Shown piece by piece: positions 55,208 through 63,664 of a stretch of DNA of 64,000 bases; within the stretch, counting starts at the first letter, position 1; each line of letters starts with the position of its first letter. A program made the position numbers and the translations under genes. The DNA comes from Acidobacteriota bacterium (GTDB taxonomy: Bacteria; Acidobacteriota; Terriglobia; UBA7540), in assembly GCA_003225365.1 (NCBI GenBank), contig QHZN01000079.1, forward strand, positions 2,459 through 66,458, in the 5' to 3' direction. A model generated the notes under the pieces. It saw only the letters and a list, made by a program, of their open reading frames with translations. It ran no database searches and was not told the DNA's origin.

Positions 55208-55702
55208 ATGAAGACGGTTTATCTCTCCTTGGGGTCAAACTTGGGAGACCGCGCAGCGCATTTAGAAGAGGCGATCCGGAGGCTTCCCGATGTGGGCGTC
55301 GTGGTGCGACGGGTCTCGTCGTTTTACAAGACCGAACCCGTCGAGGTTCGCTCGCAGCCGTGGTTCGTTAACTGTGTTGTCGAAGCCGCCACCGAACTAA
55401 TGCCCACGCGTCTGCTCGGCGCGCTCAAGTCGCTTGAACGAACCCTGGGGCGGCAGCCGGGGACTCCGAAGGGCCCGCGTCCGATTGACATTGACATCCT
55501 GCTTTACGAGAATGTTGTCGTACAGTCCCCGGAACTGGAAATCCCTCATTCGCGGCTGGCGGAAAGGCGATTCGTGCTGGCCCCGCTCACGGAGCTCGCT
55601 CCTGAGGCGCGCCACCCGGTCACCGAGCGCACGGTGCTCGAAATGCTTCATGAAACGCCGGATGCGAGCGCCGTCGTCCGCATGAAAGATTGCCGGGAGT
55701 GA
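55208..55702 (+). CDS. folK: 2-amino-4-hydroxy-6-hydroxymethyldihydropteridine pyrophosphokinase
   Basis: VYLSLGSNLGDR...SSFYKTEPV...RPIDIDILLY...IPH.RL.ER.FVL.PL are the HPPK signature blocks. Confidence 0.9.
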   Translation: MKTVYLSLGSNLGDRAAHLEEAIRRLPDVGVVVRRVSSFYKTEPVEVRSQPWFVNCVVEAATELMPTRLLGALKSLERTLGRQPGTPKGPRPIDIDILLYENVVVQSPELEIPHSRLAERRFVLAPLTELAPEARHPVTERTVLEMLHETPDASAVVRMKDCRE

Positions 55703-56460
55703 CCGAGGATTCAGGCGCAGGGGGGTGGCTGGCGAACCTGCTTGGAAAGCCGGCTGGAATCTTCCGACCACCCGAACCTACGCCGGAGCACGCCGTGCCC
55801 AATCCGCCGTCGTTCGAGCCGCCGCGGCTGATCGCAGTCGAAGGCCCTATCCGCGTCGGTAAGACCAGCCTCGCCGACATCCTGGCCGACCGCCTCCACG
55901 CCGAGCGCCTGCGCGACGTCGAGGACAATCCCTTTCTTGGGCCCTTTTATAATGAGAAGCGGGGCGCGGCATTTCAGGCCCAGCTCTATTTTCTGGTCGA
56001 GCGCTTCAACCAGTGGCGCGCTCTGGATGTCGCGTCATCGTCGAGACAAACGATCGTCAGCGATTACCTTTTCGAAAGAGACAAGATTTTTGCGTACCTC
56101 AATTTGAGTGACGCCGAACTCCGGCTCTACGACGAGCTTTACCGTCTTCTCGCTGAACAAGCTCCCGTCCCCGATTTAGTGATATACTTGCAAGCGAAGC
56201 CGGAGGTCTTGCGAAAACGCATCGCGAAAAAGAACGCGGCGATGGAAAGCCGGATCTCCAGGGAATATTTGGAAGAAGTCGTGAAGGCTTACGAACACTT
56301 CTTCTTCCATTACAGGTCCTCTGACCTGCTGGTGGTTGAGACGTCTGAGATCGACTTTGTCGACCGGAACGAAGACTTAGATCAACTGCTCGCGCGATTG
56401 AGCCAGCCGGTCAAAGGTACGCAGTATTTTTTGCCGCTTGGATCCGCGTCCGCGGACTGA
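55690..56460 (+). CDS. Deoxynucleoside kinase family protein (start uncertain)
   Basis: IAVEGPIRVGKTSLADIL is the P-loop. NPFL..FY, QLYFLVERF and the VSDYLFERDKIFA blocks are typical of the dNK/dCK/dGK family. The TTG start overlaps the folK end. Confidence 0.8.
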   Translation: MPGVTEDSGAGGWLANLLGKPAGIFRPPEPTPEHAVPNPPSFEPPRLIAVEGPIRVGKTSLADILADRLHAERLRDVEDNPFLGPFYNEKRGAAFQAQLYFLVERFNQWRALDVASSSRQTIVSDYLFERDKIFAYLNLSDAELRLYDELYRLLAEQAPVPDLVIYLQAKPEVLRKRIAKKNAAMESRISREYLEEVVKAYEHFFFHYRSSDLLVVETSEIDFVDRNEDLDQLLARLSQPVKGTQYFLPLGSASAD

Positions 56461-56649
56461 GACGGACGGCGAAGAGCGCCACAGCCCCTGCACGGAAGTT
56501 CGCGGCGGGCTGACATTGGAGCGCCGACGGCCCTCTCTGTCCCGGCGGCCCCGAAAAGGGGCGGCAAGCGCCGATCCGACGGAGGGGGTCTTTCGTTTTA
56601 ATTGCGCGGCTACGAAGGGCACCGCCGCATACCCCAGGGAAAGATGTCG

Positions 56650-56733
56650 GTTCTGAGTTGTGAGGACCGAGTCGTAAGTTCCGAGTTCGTGTTCTCCCCT
56701 TCTGGCTTCTGACTTCTGGCTTCTGATTTCTGC
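56650..56733. repeat. Degenerate heptad array directly upstream of panB
   Basis: GTTCTGA GTTGTGA ... CTTCTGG CTTCTGA CTTCTGG CTTCTGA TTTCTGC. The 20-mer TTCTGGCTTCTGACTTCTGG (56700..56719) is identical to 16389..16408. Confidence 0.8.
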
Positions 56734-56749
56734 TAATCGAGGTGATGCC

Positions 56750-57619
56750 ATGGACCGAAATGAAGCCGTGAGCAAGATCACCATCCCAGGGATTCTGGAG
56801 CGTAAACTACGAGGCGACAGGCTGGCTTGCCTGACCGCCTACGATTACCCTACGGCGCGCCTGGTGGACGAGGCCGGCGTGGACATCATTCTGGTCGGGG
56901 ACTCCCTCGGCGAAGTCGTACTGGGTTACGACTCGACAATTTCTGTGACCGTGGATGAAATCCTGCACCACCTGCGCGCTGTCCGGCGTGGCGTGCGGCG
57001 CGCTCTGCTGGTTGCCGATCTCCCCTATGGCAGCTACCACGTCGGGCGCGAGGAAGCCCTTCGCGTCGCCGTCCAGTACCTCAAGGAAGGCGGGGCGGAA
57101 GCAGTGAAGCTTGAAGGGGGCCGCAAGCGCAGCGCGCTTATCCGGTGTCTGGTGCGGGAAGAGATCCCCGTCATGGGCCATATCGGGTTGACGCCGCAAT
57201 CCATTCATGCCCTCGGAGGCCATCGCGTTCAGGGGAGGACGCTCGAGTCGGCCGGGGAGATCCTTGCCGACGCGCAGGCGGTCGAAGATGCTGGCGCCTT
57301 CGCGCTGGTCCTGGAAGGAATTCCGCGCGAGCTTGCCGGCATCATCACGCGGCGGCTTCGCATTCCGACCATCGGCATCGGAGCCGGGCCCGACTGCGAC
57401 GCGCAGATTCTGGTGCTTCACGACGTCATCGGACTCACGTTCGGCCCGGCGGCCAAATTCGTCCGGAGGTACGCCGATGCCCACGAGGTCTTGCGGACGG
57501 CATGCTCGAGATACCGCGAGGACGTGGCACTCGGCCGGTACCCGAGCGACCAGGAGTCATACCACTGGCCCGCTAGCCTGCGCGAGCACTTCGAGAAGGA
57601 AGCCTCGCGCCTCGCGTGA
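56750..57619 (+). CDS. panB: 3-methyl-2-oxobutanoate hydroxymethyltransferase
   Basis: LTAYDYPTARL...ILVGDSLG.V..GY.ST..VT.DE...H...V.R, KLEGG and MGHIGLTPQS are PanB motifs. Confidence 0.95.
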   Translation: MDRNEAVSKITIPGILERKLRGDRLACLTAYDYPTARLVDEAGVDIILVGDSLGEVVLGYDSTISVTVDEILHHLRAVRRGVRRALLVADLPYGSYHVGREEALRVAVQYLKEGGAEAVKLEGGRKRSALIRCLVREEIPVMGHIGLTPQSIHALGGHRVQGRTLESAGEILADAQAVEDAGAFALVLEGIPRELAGIITRRLRIPTIGIGAGPDCDAQILVLHDVIGLTFGPAAKFVRRYADAHEVLRTACSRYREDVALGRYPSDQESYHWPASLREHFEKEASRLA

Positions 57620-57724
57620 AGGCGCCGGACGCAAAGCCGACTTGGCTCCCCTTATGAGCGCCCGCAAAGGTTTCGGGCTTGCCTGCCGCCCGCATTTGGC
57701 CCAAAATCGCGGGGAAGGGATCGC

Positions 57725-59263
57725 ATGCGGGTTGTCAAATCCATTTCGGAAATCCACAGCCTTGCGCGCGACGCACACGCACGGGGGCGATCCTTGGCAC
57801 TGGTCCCCACGATGGGCGCGTTGCACGAAGGCCACTTCTCACTCATCCGCCAAGCCAAACGGCAATGCGATGTCGTCGTGGTCTCGATTTTCGTCAACCC
57901 CAAACAGTTCAACTCTCCCGAGGACCTCACCGATTACCCTCGAGACCTGAACCGTGACCTGGAACTCCTGGAGCCCTTGCGAATTGACGCAGTCTTTGCC
58001 CCCAGCGAAATGGAAATGTATCCGGAGGGATTCTCGACCGGGGTCGTCCCCGGGGAGGTCGCGAAGCCGCTCGAGGGAGAGTTTCGCCCCGGTTACTTTG
58101 CCGGCGTCGCCACGGTGGTATTGGAGTTGTTGAATATCATCAGGCCGGATCTCGCCTACTTCGGCCAGAAAGATTTCCAGCAAACGCTCGTCGTCCGCCG
58201 CATGGTCGAGGACTTGAACCTGGACGTGCGGCTGGTGATATGCCCCACTATGCGCGAAGCGGACGGCCTGGCTTTCAGCTCCCGCAACTCGCGGCTGAAT
58301 CCCGAGGAGCGGAAAGCGGCGACGGTGCTCTACCGGAGCCTCTGCCGCGCCGAAAAATTGGCGCACGGAGGCGAAAGCCTCGCCTCGAAGCTCCTCAAAG
58401 CAATTCGTGAGGTTTTCGCCGGCGAGCCCCTCGCTCGGCTCGAATACGCCGCCGTGGTCGAACCGCAAAATCTGAAGCCGGCCAAGCGCGTGATCTCCGG
58501 GTGCGTGGCCCTCGTCGCCGCGCGGGTGGGAGCCGTACGTTTGATTGACAACCTCATCCTCGGGCCGCTCGGCGCGGCTCCGGAAATGCTTCTTCAACTC
58601 GCGCTCACCTCCTGGCCCATCCTGGATGCCGGAGGCTTGATCCCCGGATTCGAGACCGAAACCACCCGCGTGAAGATTGCGGCTTGCCGCGAGTGCGCCG
58701 CAATCCCCACCATTCTTCTTCCCCCCCGGGAATTCCTGTCCGGCTACGTCAAGATGTATTATCCGGACCGGGGGGCTCCGCGCATCGCCGTCATCGGCCG
58801 CGACGCACCGCTCAGTCCGAGCACCTTCCTTTACCGCCAGCCGGAAACGGGGAACCGATTCGTGGCGGGGCTTTTCGACCTGTTGGGTGTCAAGAGCTTC
58901 ACAGAATTCAAGCAGCGATTTGTGCTGACGGACGCCCTCCGCTGCCATTCCACTGCGCCGCACGTCGCCGAAAAAGGGCTGGCCTACTGTTCGCACCACT
59001 TGCGCGCCGAGCTGAAACTTTTCCCGAACCTCCATACGTTCGTCGTGCTCGGCGACGACGCTTACCTCCAGTTCCAGCGCCACCTGCTCGAGCGCGGCCC
59101 GGGCGGCTTCAAGCCCTTAGACGAGCTGCTCCAGCCGCAGGGCTGGGCGCGCGAGGAGGTGCGCATCCCCACGCTCACCGCGCGACTCCTGAAGGTCTTC
59201 TATTGTTACCATCCGACCTTCGGCTACAAGCGCAGCCCTTCCATCGCTCCGTTCCTCGCCTGA
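57725..59263 (+). CDS. panC: Pantoate--beta-alanine ligase fused to a C-terminal UDG-superfamily-like (family-4-type Fe-S) domain
   Basis: The PanC part covers aa 1 to about 280 (VPTMGALHEGH, SIFVNP.QF, YFGQKDFQQ, SSRN, ..RLIDN). The ORF continues without a stop for about 230 aa and carries C-x2-C, IGRDAP, FVAGLFDLLG, TDALRCH, YCSHHL, VVLGDDA and YHPTF. Confidence 0.85.
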   Translation: MRVVKSISEIHSLARDAHARGRSLALVPTMGALHEGHFSLIRQAKRQCDVVVVSIFVNPKQFNSPEDLTDYPRDLNRDLELLEPLRIDAVFAPSEMEMYPEGFSTGVVPGEVAKPLEGEFRPGYFAGVATVVLELLNIIRPDLAYFGQKDFQQTLVVRRMVEDLNLDVRLVICPTMREADGLAFSSRNSRLNPEERKAATVLYRSLCRAEKLAHGGESLASKLLKAIREVFAGEPLARLEYAAVVEPQNLKPAKRVISGCVALVAARVGAVRLIDNLILGPLGAAPEMLLQLALTSWPILDAGGLIPGFETETTRVKIAACRECAAIPTILLPPREFLSGYVKMYYPDRGAPRIAVIGRDAPLSPSTFLYRQPETGNRFVAGLFDLLGVKSFTEFKQRFVLTDALRCHSTAPHVAEKGLAYCSHHLRAELKLFPNLHTFVVLGDDAYLQFQRHLLERGPGGFKPLDELLQPQGWAREEVRIPTLTARLLKVFYCYHPTFGYKRSPSIAPFLA

Positions 59264-59341
59264 TGCCGCGTTGCGCCGTCATCTTTGCCCTGCGGATGCT
59301 CATTAATCTCACGCAGGCCACGACGCCCGAGCTCTTTCAGC

Positions 59342-61207
59342 CTAATTCGCCGCGACGGGGAGCTCGATACTCGACGCCAGCCGCTTCGAGCGGTAGATGC
59401 GCTCTGTGGCAGGTTGATAGTCGGCGTCCGTGGCCTCGAAAATGTTCGGCACGAACTTTTGGGGATTGCGGTCGATCAGCGGGAACCATGTGCTCTGGAC
59501 TTGGACCATGATCCGGTGGCCCCTCAAGAATGTGTGGTTATTGGTGTGGAGATCAATACGGTATTCGAGCGGCAGATTTGGCGGAATTGGTACCGCCTTC
59601 TCGAAGCTCTTGCGGAAACGCCCCCGGAACACCTCGTCGGCGATGATGAGTTCGTAGCCGGCCAGGGGCATCCCCGCAGCGCAGTTGCACTCTTCGGGCT
59701 TGGCGACGAGCTTCGAGTCCTCGGGGTACACATCAATGAGCTTGACGATCCAGTCGCTGTCCGTGCCGGAGGTCGAAGCGAACACGTCGGCGACGATGTC
59801 ACCGGTGGCCGTCAGGTCCGCCGCGAGCGCGTCGGTCTGGTAACTCAGCACGTCGGGGCGATGCTCCACGAAGCGCTGATCTTCCACCAGCCACAGCGGC
59901 CACTCCGGCCCGGGGTATGTCGGCGTGATGGGCCGGTGGCGATAGGGAATCGGATGAGCAGGGTCGGAGACGTAACTGTCAAATGCGCTCCCCGCCTCGA
60001 CCGGCGCGTCGAATGCGAGTTTGTTTCCCGAGCGGAAATAGAGATTCTTCGTGGTGATTCCCTGGCGCGGCGGCCATGCGTTGTAAGACGCCCACTGGTT
60101 CGTCCCGGTCTGGAACGTCAGCGCCTTCGGCTGCTTCAGTTCGCCTTTGTCCTTCAACCAATAGTCGAACCAAGGGTTGCTGATTTTTTCGTGGTAGTCG
60201 CGGCAGGTGTCTTCGCCGAAATCAATCGTCCCCAAGGCATGGCAGTGCGGGCGCGACCACTGCCCGTGATTCCAAGGGCCGGCGACGAAATAGTTCAGAT
60301 GCCGGTTGTCGCCCTTCTCCATCAACTCGAAGATTTTCTGTGGGCCGTAAAAATCTTCTTGATCCCACCAGCCCGCAACGTTGAGCGTGGGTACGGTTGT
60401 CTCCTTCAAGAACGAGAAGAAGGCCTGTTTCCGCCAATATTCATCGCGGTTAGGGTGCCGGACGAAATCGTTCCAGGTGGGAAGCCGACCGTGAAAGTAA
60501 AGCCGGTTGACGTTCGACAGGGCGCCCAGATTCAAGTACCAGTCGTAAGTGTCGTAGCGATCGAATGCAAAGTGTGTATCGGCTTCCTTCGCGGATTCGA
60601 GCAACGCGGCGTATTCGAACCCGTAGCTAAGGCGGAAGGCGCCGTTGTGGTGAAAATCGTCCCCGAGAAACATGTCGGCGGGCGAGGCGCCTTCAATGGC
60701 AGCCTTGAGCGCGGGGTGAGGATCCACCAGCGCCATCACCACCGTCCATCCCAGGTAAGAAACGCCGAACATCCCTACGCGGCGGTTGTTGTTCGGCAGG
60801 TTTTTCACCAGCCAATCAATCGTGTCGTAGGCGTCCGAGCTTTCGTCTACCGCCTTCCCATCGCTGCGGTCGCGCGGCGGGCGCTGCATGACGAACTCGC
60901 CTTCGGACTTGAAGCGTCCGCGCAGATTCTGGAACACCACAATGTCGTCGGTGCCGGCCGGGCAGCATTCATCCGGCACGCCATACGGCCCGCGCGTGAA
61001 TAGTATAGGCAGCGGCACACTCTGGTCCTTGGGCGTGAAGACCACCGTTTGGAGGCGCACTCCGTCGCGCATCGGGACCATGACTTCCGCGCGCGTGAAG
61101 TTAGGCGGCGGTGGCTGCTGGGCGGCCCAGTTATGGCTCAGGAAGGCCGCGCCCGCTGTCGCAGCCACGGCCGCGGCGATCCATCGCTTGCTGTGGAGAA
61201 TCTTCAA
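59342..61207 (-). CDS. CocE/NonD-family (S15 X-Pro dipeptidyl-peptidase-like) hydrolase, secreted
   Basis: RDGVRLQTVVFTP...PILFTRGPYG..., the nucleophile block GMFGVSYLGW, and a C-terminal beta-sandwich region. TTG 61207 has GAGGGG upstream and is followed by a signal peptide (KILHSKRWIAAAVAATAGAAFLS). The longer ORF extension overlaps bcp. Confidence 0.85.
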   Translation of the reverse strand: MKILHSKRWIAAAVAATAGAAFLSHNWAAQQPPPPNFTRAEVMVPMRDGVRLQTVVFTPKDQSVPLPILFTRGPYGVPDECCPAGTDDIVVFQNLRGRFKSEGEFVMQRPPRDRSDGKAVDESSDAYDTIDWLVKNLPNNNRRVGMFGVSYLGWTVVMALVDPHPALKAAIEGASPADMFLGDDFHHNGAFRLSYGFEYAALLESAKEADTHFAFDRYDTYDWYLNLGALSNVNRLYFHGRLPTWNDFVRHPNRDEYWRKQAFFSFLKETTVPTLNVAGWWDQEDFYGPQKIFELMEKGDNRHLNYFVAGPWNHGQWSRPHCHALGTIDFGEDTCRDYHEKISNPWFDYWLKDKGELKQPKALTFQTGTNQWASYNAWPPRQGITTKNLYFRSGNKLAFDAPVEAGSAFDSYVSDPAHPIPYRHRPITPTYPGPEWPLWLVEDQRFVEHRPDVLSYQTDALAADLTATGDIVADVFASTSGTDSDWIVKLIDVYPEDSKLVAKPEECNCAAGMPLAGYELIIADEVFRGRFRKSFEKAVPIPPNLPLEYRIDLHTNNHTFLRGHRIMVQVQSTWFPLIDRNPQKFVPNIFEATDADYQPATERIYRSKRLASSIELPVAAN

Positions 61208-61217
61208 TAGACACCCC

Positions 61218-61676
61218 TCAGGGCTTAAGTGCCTGGAGCACTTCGCGAATGTGGCCGTCCACTCTGACCTTCGGAAATATGCGCACGATGCGCCCGTCGG
61301 CGTCCAGGATATATGTCGTTCGCACGATCCCCATTTTCTTGACACCGTACATGTTCTTTTCCTGCCAGACGCCGTAAGCCTCGAGGGCTTTGTGCGAGGG
61401 GTCGCCGGCCAGCGGGAAATTGAGCTGGTATTTGTCACGGAACTTGGCGAGCTCTTCCACGGAGTCGGCACTTATGCCGAGCACGCTTGCGCCAAGCTTT
61501 TCCATTTCCTTATGGGCGTCCCGAAACTCGGTCGCCTCAGCGGTTCAACCCGGCGTGTCCGCCTTTGGGAAAAAGTAGAGCACCAGTTTCTTTCCCCGAA
61601 AATCTTTGAGGGAGACATTGCGGCCAGAGTCCGCGGGCAGCGAAAAATCGGGAGCAGCATCTCCTGGATTCAGCAT
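61218..61676 (-). CDS. bcp: Bcp/PrxQ-type peroxiredoxin with in-frame TGA (61545..61547) at the peroxidatic Cys position; candidate selenoprotein
   Basis: The minus-strand translation MLNPGDAAPDFSLPADSGRNVSLKDFRGKKLVLYFFPKADTPG-U-TAEATEFRDAHKEMEKLGASVLGISADS...YGVWQEK...ILDADGRI aligns along its full length with Bcp (YFYPKxxTPGCTxxACxxRD). Both halves are in the same frame. Confidence 0.75.
61515..61536 (-). promoter_or_regulatory. SECIS-like hairpin downstream of the in-frame UGA of bcp
   Basis: The mRNA reads UGA-ACCGCUGA-GGCG-A-CCG-AGUUU-CGG-GA-CGCC. This gives a 4-bp lower stem, an internal loop, a 3-bp upper stem and an apical loop containing G, about 17 nt from the UGA. Confidence 0.5.
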
Positions 61677-61756
61677 CGAAGCTTGACCCCTAAATGTAAA
61701 ATTGCCGTGCTCCCGATAGAAACGGGGGAGATCCCGCCCGGCACTACGCGAGCGCG

Positions 61757-63232
61757 CTACGAACCGAGCTCTTTCTTTAAAATTTCCTGGACAAGCTGCG
61801 GGTTTGCCCTGCCGCCCGTGGCCTTCATTACTTGGCCGACGAACCAGCCGAGCAGGGCCGCCTTGCCGCCGCGGTACTGTTCGACCTGCTTTGGATTCGC
61901 CGCCATGATCTCGCGCCCCACGGCGGCGATTTTTTCCGGGTCGCTGATCTGTTCAAAGCCCTTGCCGGCAACAATTTCACTCGCGGCACGCCCGGTCGAA
62001 AACATCTCGGCGAGGATGTCCTTTCCCATTTTGCCGGAGAGGGTGCCTTTGGCGACCAGCGCCAACAACTCCGCCAGTCGCTCCGGCGAAACGGGGGATT
62101 CCGCGATTTCCTTTCCCGCCTCCTTGAGCAGGTGGGAAAGCTCGCTCAAAATCCAGTTGGCGGAAAGCTTCGGCTCACCCGCTCGCCTGACCGCTTCTTC
62201 GAAGTAGTCCGCGAGCGCCTTCGAGGAGGTCAGTTGCGCGGCGTCGTAATCTCCCAGCCCATATTGGTCGACGAAGCGAGCCCTTTTCGCCTCAGGCAAC
62301 TCCGGCATCGAACGCCGGACTTCTTCCTTCCACTCCTCGCTAATGACCAGCGGCAGCAGGTCGGGCTCCGGGAAATACCGGTAGTCGTGCGCGAATTCTT
62401 TCGAGCGCATGCCGTAGGTGCGCTGCTCGCGGCTGTCCCAAAGGCGCGTCTCTTGCAGGATTTCACCACCCTCTTCGAGCACCCCGATTTGCCGCTCGAT
62501 TTCGTGCGCCAGCGCCTTTTGGAGAAACTTGAAAGAGTTCAAGTTCTTGACTTCGGTCTTCGTCCCAAAGGCGGTTCGGCCCGCGCGGCGCACGCTGACG
62601 TTCGCGTCGCAACGCAGGCTCCCCTCTTCCATGTTGCAATTCGAAACTTCCAAGTAAAGCATCAGCGTCTTCAAGCGAGTCAGGTAGTCGTAGGCTTCCT
62701 CGGGCGTCCGAAGGTCCGGCTCGCTCACGATCTCAATCAGCGGGACGCCGGAGCGGTTGAGGTCAATATAAGATTTGCGGTCGGAATCCGGAAAGCCCTC
62801 ATGGAGAGACTTGCCTGCGTCTTCCTCCAGGTGAACGCGCGTCACACCAATGCGCTTGGCCTTCCCGGCCACTTCAATGTCCAGCCAGCCGGCGCTCGCC
62901 AGCGGCTCGTCGTACTGCGAGATTTGATAGCCCTTCGGCAAGTCGGGGTAAAAATAATTCTTGCGCGCGAAGCGTGAGCGCGGGTGGACCGCGCAATTCA
63001 GCGCCAGCGCCGCCTTCATCGCCATGGTCACCGCCTCGCGGTTCAGGACCGGAAGCGCCCCGGGCAGGCCCAGGCAGACGGGGCAAGTGTTGGAGTTCGG
63101 CGGGTCACCGAAACGAGTCGAGCAAGAGCAGAAGATCTTTGACCGGGTCAGGAGCTGGACGTGAACTTCCAGGCCGATCACTGCTTCGTATCGGGCGAGA
63201 ACCTCGGGAGAGATCGCAGTTAAGCTCAACAT
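61757..63232 (-). CDS. gatB: Asp-tRNA(Asn)/Glu-tRNA(Gln) amidotransferase subunit B
   Basis: YEAVIGLEVHVQL.T.SK.FC.C...PN...CPVCLGLPG.LP..N plus the C-terminal YqeY-like tail (GWFVGQVMK.T.G.ANP). ATG 63232 is preferred over TTG 63250. Confidence 0.95.
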   Translation of the reverse strand: MLSLTAISPEVLARYEAVIGLEVHVQLLTRSKIFCSCSTRFGDPPNSNTCPVCLGLPGALPVLNREAVTMAMKAALALNCAVHPRSRFARKNYFYPDLPKGYQISQYDEPLASAGWLDIEVAGKAKRIGVTRVHLEEDAGKSLHEGFPDSDRKSYIDLNRSGVPLIEIVSEPDLRTPEEAYDYLTRLKTLMLYLEVSNCNMEEGSLRCDANVSVRRAGRTAFGTKTEVKNLNSFKFLQKALAHEIERQIGVLEEGGEILQETRLWDSREQRTYGMRSKEFAHDYRYFPEPDLLPLVISEEWKEEVRRSMPELPEAKRARFVDQYGLGDYDAAQLTSSKALADYFEEAVRRAGEPKLSANWILSELSHLLKEAGKEIAESPVSPERLAELLALVAKGTLSGKMGKDILAEMFSTGRAASEIVAGKGFEQISDPEKIAAVGREIMAANPKQVEQYRGGKAALLGWFVGQVMKATGGRANPQLVQEILKKELGS

Positions 63233-63267
63233 CGTACCGCTGCCTTTCAAAACCGTTTATCAAGCTC

Positions 63268-63490
63268 TTTAGCAGGCTGATGAAAAACGGGCCGAAATGT
63301 CATGCTGAGCCCCTTCGCTCTACTCAGGGCAGGCTCTTCGCTTGTCATTCTGAGCGCAGCGAAGAATCCCTTTCATTCCACACTCAGGGTAGACTCCGCG
63401 AAGCATCTCGCACTGGTATAAAATCAACAATATAGATTCTTCGCTTCGCTCAGAATGACAACATGAGACGATTTTTCATCAGCCTCCTAG
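63268..63490 (-). mobile_element. MITE-like non-autonomous element, copy 2 (inverted relative to copy 1)
   Basis: CTTTAGCAGGCTGATGAAAAACGGGCCGAAATGTCATGCTGAGCCCCTTCGCTCT... matches the reverse complement of the right end of copy 1. ...GATTCTTCGCTTCGCTCAGAATGACAACATGAGACGATTTTTCATCAGCCTCCTAG matches the reverse complement of its left end. Confidence 0.75.
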
Positions 63491-63664
63491 TGTTTCTCGG
63501 CTCGGAATAGTGGCCGATTGCCTTATTTCCGCGCCACCCCATACTACCTATTCTTTCCGCGCCAGCGTCAGGCGGCCCGCATTGACTTCTCGGGCCGAAT
63601 TCGAGTCTACGGAGCAAGATTTTGTTTGTCAAATTTGTCGCGAACGTGAACAATAGGCGCGGCG

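Noticed and set aside
61208-61471. N-terminal extension of the 709-aa CocE/NonD ORF.
   Set aside because: It overlaps the bcp coding sequence in another frame. A signal peptide and RBS at TTG 61207 give a sensible start.
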